33,439 nucleotides of DNA from a virus. Lineage: Duplodnaviria > Caudoviricetes. The stretch is from positions 1 through 33,439 of the IMG/VR virus record IMGVR_UViG_3300037470_000387; one strand, written 5' to 3'. Below, one piece after another: positions 7,345 to 15,955 of the stretch (positions are counted from its first letter, which is position 1; each line of letters begins with the position of its first letter). The notes under the pieces were generated by a model. The model worked only from the letters and a program-made list of their open reading frames with translations. It was not told where the DNA came from and searched no databases. The translations under genes and the position numbers were made by a program.

Positions 7345-7691
7345 CACGACCACCTTGTGAGATATGCGGGCGTAATGGAGCAGGAAAGGGGCGTTGGGAC
7401 ACTGACGGCAAGCACTACATATGCGTGCGGTGTCGCACCCAAAGACAGCACGAAGCTGACAAGGTGAGAGCGCGCGCTGCTTCTGTAAAACGTCGCATTC
7501 TTCGCGAACGTGGACACAAGTGCCAGCAGTGCGGGCGGCCTATGGACGTATTACATGCTCACCATTTGGTCGAACTCTACCGGGGTGGGAGCAATCGTGA
7601 TGACAATCTCATCCTTCTGTGCGCTGACTGTCATCACCTAGAGCATGTGGGCTGGAGCGCCGCAGGGGAAGCAAGGCGCGGGCAAATATGA
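7341..7691 (+). CDS. HNH endonuclease with N-terminal zinc finger
   Basis: CQQCG...HAHHLVELYRGGSNRDDNLILLCADCHHLEH. Confidence 0.9.
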   Translation: MTRPPCEICGRNGAGKGRWDTDGKHYICVRCRTQRQHEADKVRARAASVKRRILRERGHKCQQCGRPMDVLHAHHLVELYRGGSNRDDNLILLCADCHHLEHVGWSAAGEARRGQI

Positions 7692-8593
7692 ACGGCTTTA
7701 CTCAACTCCCCAACTGGCTAGTCGAAGCTATGCCGCAGATGCCCGCGAGTACGTTCCAGGTCGCGGTCGTCATCGCACGCCAGACGATAGGCTATAGCGA
7801 TGGCAATGGGGGACGCCGCGAGTGGGACAGAATCAGCCTGTCACAATTCATGGACGCAACCGGCTTGAGCCGCCAGGGGGTGTTGAACGCCATCGACGCC
7901 GGGTGCGGCAAATGGTTTCAACGTCGCGAGGTCGGACAGTATTTCGAGTATCAACTAGTCAACTCAGTGTACCAGTCAACTCAGTGTACCAGTCAACTCA
8001 GTGTACCAGTACCAGTCAACTCAGTTGACCAGTTAGAGCCAAAACTAGTCAACTCAGTGTACCAGTCAACTCAGTGTACCAGTCAACTCAGTGTACCAGT
8101 ACCAGTCAACTCAGTTGACCAGTTAGAGCCAAAACTAGTCAACTCAGTTGACCCACAAAAGAAAGAGAAAGAAAGAGAAAGAAAGACGCGCACGCGTGCC
8201 GACGTAACGGCGCAGCGGGCAGCCCAGATCATGCGGCAAAACTACACGGACGTGGAGCCAAGACTTTTGACCACGCTCACCAATCATGTCAAGCGAATCA
8301 GCGGGTACAGCATCCTGATCGAAAAACCAGGTACGGATGAGTTGGAGGACCAACTTCGCGACGATGCCCATAAACTCTACGTGCTGGGCTATAACTCTGA
8401 CGAATCCATGTACGAACTGGAGGAGGCATGGAAGCAGTACAGCGCCAACTTCGCAAACAAGATGCCGGGCAAGGATCAACTTTACAAGGTTGGTCTCCGG
8501 CTGTCGAGTGGCGCATTCAAACAGCCCAACAACGGAACCGGTGCGGGCTTGACCCTAGTCCCCTGGGAGGACGCACAGCAAGATGATAGCTAA
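7688..8593 (+). CDS. Phage replication initiator (lambda O-like N-terminal winged helix) containing the origin
   Basis: NGFTQLPN...IARQTIGY...DRISLSQFMDATGLSRQGV is typical of O-family N-termini; internal iterons; followed by a helicase. Confidence 0.85.
   Translation: MNGFTQLPNWLVEAMPQMPASTFQVAVVIARQTIGYSDGNGGRREWDRISLSQFMDATGLSRQGVLNAIDAGCGKWFQRREVGQYFEYQLVNSVYQSTQCTSQLSVPVPVNSVDQLEPKLVNSVYQSTQCTSQLSVPVPVNSVDQLEPKLVNSVDPQKKEKERERKTRTRADVTAQRAAQIMRQNYTDVEPRLLTTLTNHVKRISGYSILIEKPGTDELEDQLRDDAHKLYVLGYNSDESMYELEEAWKQYSANFANKMPGKDQLYKVGLRLSSGAFKQPNNGTGAGLTLVPWEDAQQDDS
7953..8187. repeat. Replication origin: nine AGTCAACTCAGT iterons in a 90-bp tandem duplication, followed by an A/purine-rich tract
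   Basis: Iterons start at 7957, 7974, 7991, 8014, 8047, 8064, 8081, 8104 and 8137; palindromic form GTCAAC-TCA-GTTGAC; AAAGAAAGAG tract at about 8155-8187. Confidence 0.85.
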
Positions 8594-9509
8594 TGAAGCC
8601 CTGGACATCGACCTGTTTTTTCGAGAGAACTTGCAGCCGTCTCACTTTGCGGCGGTGCGCGCACGCACCCGCTTGGCGGCCATGCGCCAGGGGAAAGTGG
8701 GCTTTCGCCTGGGACTGCCGTCATTGGACGACTTTGTACGGTTGGAGCCCGGGCAATTGCTGACCGTCGCCGGGCGTAGCGGCGTGGGCAAGACGGCCTT
8801 CGGGATGCAGTTGGTGTACACGGTTTTGCAGCAGATGGACGCCCGCAACGACCCCGGCGTCGTGTGTATCTTCAGCGCCGAGATGGACGGCGAATCGTTG
8901 ATGCTGCGCGAGGCGTGCGCTGTCGAGAATATCAGCTTTTGGCGGGTGCAGACAAACGACTGCCGTCCAGATGAGTACGAACGCATAGACCGGCGCTTGG
9001 AGCAGATGGGAGACAAGCGCGTGTTTGTGGATGAGAGTCCCGCTCCGACGTTGGAACACATGACGGCGCAACTCAAAAACCTGGCCGATGACGGCGTGAA
9101 GATCAGCCTGGTGCTGTTCGACTACACCGAACTGGCCGGCGAGTTTGACCGCGACGAATCCAAGCGGGTGAACAAAATCAGCCGCGGCTTGGCAACTCTC
9201 GCCAAGAAATTCGCCTGCCCGGTCGTGACCCTGAGCCAACTCAACCGGGACATCGAAAGCCGGGGTGAGAAAGTGCCTTCCATGCGCGACTTGATGCACG
9301 GTGGCGAACGGGACGCGGCCTGCATCGTGATCCTGGTCAGGCCGTGGAGCTATGACAAGACACAGCCGCGGGAGCTGATCAACGCGCATGTGGTCAAGAA
9401 TCGTTTTGGCCCGCAAGGTGATGGCGTGTTGCGCTTTGATGAAACGTCGCTGCGTTTCTACAGCGCCGTATTGGAGCGCAAGTCTCTGAATGGCAAGGTG
9501 GCCGCGTGA
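8583..9509 (+). CDS. dnaB: DnaB-like replicative helicase (C-terminal ATPase domain only)
   Basis: Walker A GRSGVGKT, FSAEM, LFDY, LSQLNR, ERDA, KNRFGP motifs. Confidence 0.9.
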   Translation: MIANEALDIDLFFRENLQPSHFAAVRARTRLAAMRQGKVGFRLGLPSLDDFVRLEPGQLLTVAGRSGVGKTAFGMQLVYTVLQQMDARNDPGVVCIFSAEMDGESLMLREACAVENISFWRVQTNDCRPDEYERIDRRLEQMGDKRVFVDESPAPTLEHMTAQLKNLADDGVKISLVLFDYTELAGEFDRDESKRVNKISRGLATLAKKFACPVVTLSQLNRDIESRGEKVPSMRDLMHGGERDAACIVILVRPWSYDKTQPRELINAHVVKNRFGPQGDGVLRFDETSLRFYSAVLERKSLNGKVAA

Positions 9510-9588
9510 TTCTGTCAGCGGTGCGCGTGGCAATGGCGCAGCCGCGCATGCAGTTTTCGCGCAAGCGAGAAGGGGAGGAGGTGACAGC

Positions 9589-9843
9589 GTGAGACATCGA
9601 TGGGACGAAGGCGAGACGTTCATGGATGAGATTATCTCGTTTTGCACCGTCTGCGGCGGCGTGCGGGTGCGGGAACGACGCGAGGGACTGGACTACATCA
9701 ACTTCGATAGCTTTCACCTGGACATGGTAGGCCGCACGCGTAGGGGTTGGCATTATGACGGCACACCCCGCAGTTGTCCGGGACCGGAATTAGTCGAGAA
9801 ACAGGAGCCAAATGGAACAGCCGCAGGAGGCGGCACGCCATGA
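9589..9843 (+). CDS. Hypothetical protein (possible Zn ribbon)
   Basis: GGAGGAGG RBS, GTG start, HRW...CTVCG...SCP. Confidence 0.65.
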   Translation: MRHRWDEGETFMDEIISFCTVCGGVRVRERREGLDYINFDSFHLDMVGRTRRGWHYDGTPRSCPGPELVEKQEPNGTAAGGGTP

Positions 9844-10196
9844 CAACCATAGATAGCAAGATCGCAGTTGATTTCATTAGTTCATTCAGTCTAATTTCAG
9901 CCGAAGTACATGAGAACGCCGTCGCGCATGGCTGGTGGAACGAAGAGCGTAATGACGGCGAAATGATTGCGCTCATGCACTCGGAATTGAGCGAAGTATT
10001 GGAAGCCATCCGCCACGGCAACCCGCCTGATGATCATATCCCTGACTTTAGCGGCGTTGAGGCGGAGTTTGCCGACGTGATCATTCGCATCATGGATATG
10101 GCGGTTGCGCGCCAGTTGCGGGTGGCCGAGGCTGTATTGGCGAAAATCAAATATAACCGTGGTCGTCCATTTAAGCACGGCAACAAAGCATTCTAA
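9840..10196 (+). CDS. MazG-like nucleotide pyrophosphohydrolase
   Basis: IALMHSELSEVLEAIR...EAEFADVIIRIMD...KIKYNRGRPFKHG fits the all-alpha NTP-PPase ExxE...ExxD pattern. Confidence 0.85.
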   Translation: MTTIDSKIAVDFISSFSLISAEVHENAVAHGWWNEERNDGEMIALMHSELSEVLEAIRHGNPPDDHIPDFSGVEAEFADVIIRIMDMAVARQLRVAEAVLAKIKYNRGRPFKHGNKAF

Positions 10197-10254
10197 GAGG
10201 CACGCCGTAACCAAACCCATAGCTAAAGCAAGGGGTATCTCGAAAGGAGATTTG

Positions 10255-10632
10255 ATGAGCGACGAGGAGACCGACCTGCGCGCCGACATTGCCAAGCTTC
10301 ATATTGATTGGGATAGCGCGCCACATTGGGCCAATTGGTACACACAGGATCAGCACGGCGAATGCTGGTTCGACTATGAGCCGGACTACTCTGATGGACG
10401 TTGGCGTTTGAGTGAGCAATACCCGCAAAGTAAATTCATGCAATTTTCCTATCGGGGTGGCTGGCAGCAGGCTATTGCTAGGCCGCAATCTGTCCGCAAT
10501 GCTGAGCTTTGCCGCAAGCGTACCAAGCCGAAATCGCAGTTGACGGTTTGGGAAAAGGCGGGCGAATGGGCAGAATTGCGCGACGAATTGGCGAGGGCGA
10601 TCTATGCGGCGCGTAGATATAGCCAAAAATAA
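10255..10632 (+). CDS. Hypothetical Trp-rich protein
   Basis: AAAGGAG RBS; IDWDSAPHWANWYTQDQHGECWFDYEP. Confidence 0.75.
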   Translation: MSDEETDLRADIAKLHIDWDSAPHWANWYTQDQHGECWFDYEPDYSDGRWRLSEQYPQSKFMQFSYRGGWQQAIARPQSVRNAELCRKRTKPKSQLTVWEKAGEWAELRDELARAIYAARRYSQK

Positions 10633-10664
10633 CGTGCGTGCATTGCGGAACAGGAGCCAACGCC

Positions 10665-10862
10665 ATGAGCGACCAAGAGACCGCCCTGCGCGCCGCCATC
10701 GCCAAGCTGCACGCCGAGCTCGACGCCCTGACCTGCATGCCGCAGGCCGACGGCAAGCGCCGCGAGCTGCGGCATCAGATCGCCGAGTTGACGCAACAGA
10801 TACACGCGCTGCACCGCGACGAGGCGCGGCGGGAGAAAGGAAATGGAGGCCGTAGGATATGA
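10665..10862 (+). CDS. Small coiled-coil protein
   Basis: AGGAG RBS; MSDQETALRAAIAKLHAELDAL... Confidence 0.7.
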   Translation: MSDQETALRAAIAKLHAELDALTCMPQADGKRRELRHQIAELTQQIHALHRDEARREKGNGGRRI

Positions 10863-11224
10863 ATGCCCATCCTGAATGGTTAGCGGATCTGCTGGCTACT
10901 TTGCGAGAGTTGTGGCCCCTGGATCGCGTTCTGAATGTAGTAATGCAGGATGAAGATTTTTGGCAATTCTTTGGATACGATACGGCGGACGGTGCATGTC
11001 AAATCTTGCCCGAACTTATCCAGATACACATTCGCTCTACGGCTGAAGATACAGAGTATTGGCACGATGTCCTATATCACGAATACGCCCATGCCATTCT
11101 CGCGCCATTTACGGAGGTGACCGACCCGACGCCCGCCTTTACGGAAACCGTCGAGATGCTAACCAAGCGTCTGGGTGGACTGTTGGATTTTGCCGTGCGG
11201 ATGAAGGCGAGCCGCAGGGTCTGA
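10859..11224 (+). CDS. Putative zincin metallopeptidase (HExxH)
   Basis: DVLYHEYAHAIL motif with downstream Glu; 121 aa. Confidence 0.65.
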   Translation: MNAHPEWLADLLATLRELWPLDRVLNVVMQDEDFWQFFGYDTADGACQILPELIQIHIRSTAEDTEYWHDVLYHEYAHAILAPFTEVTDPTPAFTETVEMLTKRLGGLLDFAVRMKASRRV

Positions 11225-11231
11225 TGAAAAT

Positions 11232-11660
11232 ATGACCACCTCACACGAAGTGGAGCACCAACTCACCTTCGCCGCGGCCCGCGCCGCCGCGCCGCAGCGG
11301 TTCCATGAGTCGCAGAAGCGCGGCGCTGCGGCCACGGTGGACTACTGGCAGCAACCCAAGCCGCCGGAATGGTTGGACTGCGACGCCGCCGAGTTTATCA
11401 GGCTGCTAGAAAGGGGGGCGCCTACTATGACCAGAGAAGTAATTGCGAAAAATGGTTTTCACTATCGGCTCAAGCCGGGGCGACCTGACATCGTACAGGT
11501 TCAGGACACGCCCGGCGCGCGCTACCGCACGCACATGATCTGTCGCGCATCCGGCGAGTACAGCGCGGAGGAAATCGCCGCAGCCGTGCTAGCGATGATG
11601 GGACATTTGTCCCCGCCGGCGAAGGGGCGCATCCAGGATGTACCGGAGGTGCAGCCTTGA
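11232..11660 (+). CDS. Hypothetical protein
   Basis: 142-aa ORF in operon order, overlapping the next start. Confidence 0.65.
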   Translation: MTTSHEVEHQLTFAAARAAAPQRFHESQKRGAAATVDYWQQPKPPEWLDCDAAEFIRLLERGAPTMTREVIAKNGFHYRLKPGRPDIVQVQDTPGARYRTHMICRASGEYSAEEIAAAVLAMMGHLSPPAKGRIQDVPEVQP

Positions 11661-12025
11661 CTTTCATTGCATACTTGCTATCGGCATTACTCTACATTGC
11701 CGTGCCGGTTGCGCCGGACAATCTCCTGCACGTCGTCGTGACTTATGACGGGGACTATGACGGCGTGTGGGAGGGGGTTGGTCCCGGTATTTTGGTGGGC
11801 GTCGGTAAGGCGGGCAACGAAACGTACAGTTACACGGACGCCAATTCGCAGGCCGCGTATATTGTGCAGCCCGGCGTGTGGATCGCACGGGCGTTCCCGA
11901 AGCCGACGAGACCGTTTTACGTCTGGTTATGTGGAGACTACATCGACGTACAAAAACCGGAGGAGACCCTAGCCCTCAGATGTTATGAGAAATTTTTCCT
12001 GCGTTTCCCGTTTTTGAGCCATTGA
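11657..12025 (+). CDS. Exported small beta-sandwich-like protein
   Basis: N-terminal hydrophobic signal; TDANSQAAYIVQPGVWIARA resembles prealbumin/CnaB-type folds; C-terminal FLRFPFL. Confidence 0.65.
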   Translation: MTFIAYLLSALLYIAVPVAPDNLLHVVVTYDGDYDGVWEGVGPGILVGVGKAGNETYSYTDANSQAAYIVQPGVWIARAFPKPTRPFYVWLCGDYIDVQKPEETLALRCYEKFFLRFPFLSH

Positions 12026-12038
12026 GGAACCTAGCACT

Positions 12039-12437
12039 ATGACTGCCCGTGACATGCTCCGCGAAACGAAACTATCCCGCAGGGGCGGGGCAGCCGCATC
12101 ACGCAGTGGGCGTGGTGCTCCGCCATCTGCGACCGAATTCCGCCGCCGTACTCGCGCGGCAGGTATCGCCCAGCGTACCTGCCGCGTCGCAACGCCGTGC
12201 GGCGGCGAGTGTTGCTGTCGCGGCGACATCCGCCATGTGTACCACATTTGCAACGATGAATTTTGTGAAACCTGTCACAGGGACCAGTACGAGCCGTTCC
12301 CGGACGGCGGTCAGCCGCGACGTGTGCGGCGCCGCGTGGTGGCCGTCCAGCCCGGCACGCTCAATGTATTCCGGCTGGTCATGGCCGGTCGTGAGGACAA
12401 GCTGCGTAAGGCGCGGGAAGCACGAAAGGTAAGCTAA
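12039..12437 (+). CDS. Hypothetical Cys-rich protein
   Basis: GAGG RBS; CRVATPCGGECCC...HICNDEFCETCH. Confidence 0.55.
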   Translation: MTARDMLRETKLSRRGGAAASRSGRGAPPSATEFRRRTRAAGIAQRTCRVATPCGGECCCRGDIRHVYHICNDEFCETCHRDQYEPFPDGGQPRRVRRRVVAVQPGTLNVFRLVMAGREDKLRKAREARKVS

Positions 12438-12438
12438 C

Positions 12439-12624
12439 ATGCCCATCCGCACCTACATCGCATTGCAACAGGAGCTAGAGCGCCAGCAGGCGCTAAACCA
12501 TCTGCTCGTGCAGACGCTGCGGCAACTGCGCCGCAAGCACAACGCGCTGCGGCGCGCCTTTCGGCTGAGTATGGACCATGCCAAAACTATTCCTGCCCAC
12601 AGCCTTCAGCGCGACCGGCGTTAG
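12439..12624 (+). CDS. Small basic coiled-coil protein
   Basis: 61 aa, starts immediately after the previous stop. Confidence 0.55.
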   Translation: MPIRTYIALQQELERQQALNHLLVQTLRQLRRKHNALRRAFRLSMDHAKTIPAHSLQRDRR

Positions 12625-12763
12625 CCGCGCGGATGCCCGCTACCATGCCGAGCTAACGCTGGCCCTTGCACCACAATGGGTCTGCAAGCACGTGGAGCTT
12701 CCAGGAGGCACGAAACGACTGATTTGGTATATTCCCCTGCAAAACGCAGGAAGGCGCAAATAG
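12578..12763 (+). CDS. Hypothetical protein
   Basis: 61 aa, last ORF before the lysis promoter. Confidence 0.45.
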   Translation: MPKLFLPTAFSATGVSRADARYHAELTLALAPQWVCKHVELPGGTKRLIWYIPLQNAGRRK

Positions 12764-12781
12764 CCCGGCGGGTGAGGCCGC

Positions 12782-12810
12782 TAGACAGCGGCGCGCATTG
12801 GTGATACACT
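12782..12810 (+). promoter_or_regulatory. Probable lysis/late promoter
   Basis: TAGACA-17 bp-TACACT with extended -10 TG, 25 bp upstream of the endolysin start (GGAGG RBS). Confidence 0.65.
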
Positions 12811-12835
12811 GCACAAAGACGCCGGAGGTGTCATT

Positions 12836-14341
12836 ATGGTAGTCAGTCTCCGAGGACTTTATCTAGAGTTTGCTCACGACCGGCCTGCGGACTGGGACTT
12901 CCTGCGCCGTTGGCAGCCGTCCGTTGTGCGGCTCAAAGTCAACGGCAGCCATACCGACCCCAATAGTATCTCCATTGACAAGATACAGCGGCTATATGAT
13001 GCCACCGGCGCACGTGTCCTTATTCGCTGCTGGGATGTAGATGACCGACGCGGCGACGGTAATCCCGGCATATATGCCGAATTGCAGGCGGACGCGTGGC
13101 AATGCGCCCTTGATTATCACAATTACTGGCGGCGTTTCATGGACCGCTTGCCGGCGGCGCTGCGTGACAACGTATGGGCAGGTGCAATCAATGAACCGCA
13201 TCCCGATCTATTCCCGCAAACATTTGAGTTCACGGACCGTTTACTGGAGCTTGGCACACGTGACGGCGTAGGCTACGGCGTGTTCATGTTTTCCGTTGGC
13301 ACGCCGCCGTTACCGAGCGAAAACATGCCGTTCGGTTGGCAGAAGTTCTCCGTATTTGACGACCGCATTGCGGACGGCGGCCATGTCGCTGTAGTGCATG
13401 AGTATATGCAGCCGGAGGGTATGTATGCGGTTTGGACCGACGACACAGGACGGCAAAGACGAGATTACGGGTATCTCATCGGCAGGCATCTTTCTAGCGG
13501 TCTCCGCCGCGCGCCGATTATCATTGGTGAATGGGGAATTGAGGGACTCATTTACAACCGCCATCCTGATCCGGCTCATGGCGGCCATAGTGGCTGGCTC
13601 AATTTCAGAGAGCTATGGGGACCGGAGCGATATGCCGATGAGTATGTAGAGTGCATCCGGCAAGCTGCGCCGAATGTCATCGCTATTTGTCCGTTCGGCT
13701 CCGACATCCCGGACCCCAAACATACCTGGAACAGTTTCGACGTTATGCCCGCCTATGGCGCGCTGCTCAGTCGCAAAGAACTATGTATCAAGGCAGACAT
13801 ACAGCCGCCGGTCACGACGTTCATTCCCGTGGTCTCGCAGCCCGGCCCCACGCCGCCCACCGCAGAGACGCCGGAACCGCAGCCGGAACCAACCGCATCT
13901 GATTCAACGTGGGAGCGCAGCATCGCTTTTGTGCTAGGCGTCGAAGGCGGCTTGTCCGTCGATCCCAATGACCCCGGCAACTATCGCGACGGAAAATTCA
14001 TCGGCTCGAAATTCGGAATCAGCGCGGCGGTATGGGGTGACCGTTATGACATCGTCAACCTCACGATTGAGCAGGCAAAGTCCATCTATTTTGAGCACTA
14101 TTGGCAGGCATCCGGCGCGTCTGTCATGCCGTGGCCGCTATGCCTCGCCCATCTCGATCTGGCCGTCAACGGCGGCGTGGGCCGCGCACAGCAGGCGTTG
14201 GCCGAAGCCGGGCCGGACTTCACCCGATTGATGGCGTGGCGGCTGGCGTGGTACACGCGGCTGCCGCAGTTTGACCTATACGGACGGGCTTGGACCAAAA
14301 GGTGTGCGGACCTGTTGAACGAGTCAACCCGCACGGTTTAG
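12836..14341 (+). CDS. Endolysin: N-terminal clan GH-A-like TIM-barrel glycoside hydrolase, Pro/Thr linker, C-terminal GH108 lysozyme
   Basis: GAINEP and IIIGEWG catalytic-Glu motifs; PGPTPPTAETPEPQPEP linker; FVLGVEGGLSVDPNDPGN...KFGIS...DLAVNGG is the GH108 signature; holin-like genes follow. Confidence 0.8.
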   Translation: MVVSLRGLYLEFAHDRPADWDFLRRWQPSVVRLKVNGSHTDPNSISIDKIQRLYDATGARVLIRCWDVDDRRGDGNPGIYAELQADAWQCALDYHNYWRRFMDRLPAALRDNVWAGAINEPHPDLFPQTFEFTDRLLELGTRDGVGYGVFMFSVGTPPLPSENMPFGWQKFSVFDDRIADGGHVAVVHEYMQPEGMYAVWTDDTGRQRRDYGYLIGRHLSSGLRRAPIIIGEWGIEGLIYNRHPDPAHGGHSGWLNFRELWGPERYADEYVECIRQAAPNVIAICPFGSDIPDPKHTWNSFDVMPAYGALLSRKELCIKADIQPPVTTFIPVVSQPGPTPPTAETPEPQPEPTASDSTWERSIAFVLGVEGGLSVDPNDPGNYRDGKFIGSKFGISAAVWGDRYDIVNLTIEQAKSIYFEHYWQASGASVMPWPLCLAHLDLAVNGGVGRAQQALAEAGPDFTRLMAWRLAWYTRLPQFDLYGRAWTKRCADLLNESTRTV

Positions 14342-14385
14342 ACTCGTCTCACTCAGACACAGATGTCGCGGAGAGGTACTTGTGA

Positions 14386-14646
14386 ATGGAACCCGGATTC
14401 CTGGAGTGGGCAGTAGGGCAGAGTGGTATCGCCGGGCTTGCTATCATGGCTCTTTATACCCTGAACGTGAATTATCAGACCGCCCTGCGCCGAGAGCGCG
14501 AATACGCCGAATCCAACCGCGATGACAAAAAACAACTCTTAGAGGTGTTGAGCCAAAACACGGTAGCGTTAACCCGGTTGGCGAGCATGATTGAGAGCAT
14601 GTCTCATGGATACGAGCGAGAACATACAGGCAAAACTGCAATATAA
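14386..14646 (+). CDS. Holin-like protein (BhlA-type architecture)
   Basis: One N-terminal TM helix plus charged coiled coil, directly after the endolysin. Confidence 0.65.
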   Translation: MEPGFLEWAVGQSGIAGLAIMALYTLNVNYQTALRREREYAESNRDDKKQLLEVLSQNTVALTRLASMIESMSHGYEREHTGKTAI

Positions 14647-15121
14647 CTATCGCATGTGGGTTGTTCTCTGGGTTGTTTTGGCGATAGTCATTAGCACCGG
14701 ATGGCTGTATTTCAGTCGCATATCCCCCACGCTAGGACCATCGCTTATGATTATTGGCCCCGTGACGGTGAAGGATGCCGACCTATGTCCGGGCGATATA
14801 TTGGATTATGAGTACGGGTTTACCGTAAATGAGGCCGGAGTCTATCTGTTCGATACGGGCGTCTGGCGCGTGACGCCGCCTGCAATCATTCTGTTCTTCG
14901 ATTCGAGGCGCGTGGTTGTGCCGGAACCGCGCACTTGGCAGATCGCCCGCCCGTGGCAGATTCCGAAAACATTTATCGACCCACGCACGGGAGTAGTTGA
15001 AAAGTGGATTCCGGGCGAATACGAACGAGTATTGGCCGTCACATCGGTAGGCCGCGATACATTGCCTAGCGTAGTCTCTATCCCGTTTACGATAAAAGAG
15101 GATTGCAAGGGCACACCATGA
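14606..15121 (+). CDS. Membrane-anchored beta-rich protein of the lysis cassette
   Basis: TM segment MWVVLWVVLAIVISTGWLYF followed by a Cys-bracketed extracellular domain; start uncertain. Confidence 0.7.
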   Translation: MDTSENIQAKLQYNYRMWVVLWVVLAIVISTGWLYFSRISPTLGPSLMIIGPVTVKDADLCPGDILDYEYGFTVNEAGVYLFDTGVWRVTPPAIILFFDSRRVVVPEPRTWQIARPWQIPKTFIDPRTGVVEKWIPGEYERVLAVTSVGRDTLPSVVSIPFTIKEDCKGTP

Positions 15122-15435
15122 GCAACATTACCGAGACACAGCCCATTATTACATCGGCGACGGTGGTGGCCTTTGTATCGGCAGTCCTGGTGCTTGGCGT
15201 ATCTTTTGGTCTCCCAATCACCGATGAGCAGCGCAATGCAATTTTAGCCGTGGTCGCGATTGTCGCGCCGCTTGCGGTTATCTGGTGGCCGCAGCGCAAG
15301 ACGACGCCGCTTGCCAATGCAACCGACATTGACGGCGAAGCCCTGACAAGGTACGACGGCAAGCCGCCGATTGCAGAGCAAAAGGCCATGGGGTTGACGC
15401 CAACACCCGCACCGGACAGGGGGAACGTTGTGTGA
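15118..15435 (+). CDS. Holin-like protein with two TM helices
   Basis: QPIITSATVVAFVSAVLVLGVSFGLPITDEQRNAILAVVAIVAPL pattern. Confidence 0.65.
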   Translation: MSNITETQPIITSATVVAFVSAVLVLGVSFGLPITDEQRNAILAVVAIVAPLAVIWWPQRKTTPLANATDIDGEALTRYDGKPPIAEQKAMGLTPTPAPDRGNVV

Positions 15436-15758
15436 TGCCGGTCATTGTCGCCGCCGACCAGTTGACCGCCCGTGAAGGAGAGGTGCTAGACCTGCTCGCG
15501 CAGGGACTTAGCAACCACGAGATAGCGGTAGTGCTGGTCGTCAGCGACCGTACCGTGTCCGCCCATCTGAGCCAAGTCTACGACAAGCTGGATGCCCACA
15601 CGCGGGGGGCCGCCATCATTCGAGCGCAGGAGCTCGGTCTCGTGCCCAGCGGCGGCGAGTTGCATCCAATAGCCGCGGCTATCATCGTACTGGCCCGGCT
15701 CCGCCCCAGTGCGTTGGCGGAAGCCGAGGCCGCGATTGCGGGGGAAGGGGGAAGATAG
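15432..15758 (+). CDS. LuxR/GerE-type HTH regulator
   Basis: LTAREGEVLDLLAQGLSNHEIAVVLVVSDRTVSAHLSQVYDKL. Confidence 0.9.
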   Translation: MMPVIVAADQLTAREGEVLDLLAQGLSNHEIAVVLVVSDRTVSAHLSQVYDKLDAHTRGAAIIRAQELGLVPSGGELHPIAAAIIVLARLRPSALAEAEAAIAGEGGR

Positions 15759-15759
15759 C

Positions 15760-15939
15760 ATGGGCATAGAGTCGCTCTTAATCCTAGTGGTCTACATCCT
15801 GGTCCTGGCGTTGGTCATATGGGCCGTTAGCTTTCTGTTTGCGCGCATGGGGTTGCCATCTGAGGTGCGTATCATTTTTATGGTGGTCGTGACAATCCTG
15901 TTCCTGCTCCTGATTTTGCGCCAGTTCGGCGTAGTCTAG
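15760..15939 (+). CDS. Small membrane protein with two TM helices
   Basis: MGIESLLILVVYILVLALVIWAV...IIFMVVVTILFLLLIL. Confidence 0.7.
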   Translation: MGIESLLILVVYILVLALVIWAVSFLFARMGLPSEVRIIFMVVVTILFLLLILRQFGVV

Positions 15940-15955
15940 GTACTGCAACGTGAGA

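Noticed and set aside
7953-8152. Possible CRISPR or mini-array
   Set aside because: No unique spacers; location inside an O-like initiator followed by an A-rich tract fits iterons.
12762-12773. AGCCCGGCGGGT matches the minus-strand hairpin arm near 4937-4948
   Set aside because: Only 12 bp of GC-rich sequence and the complementary arm is incomplete here; may be chance.
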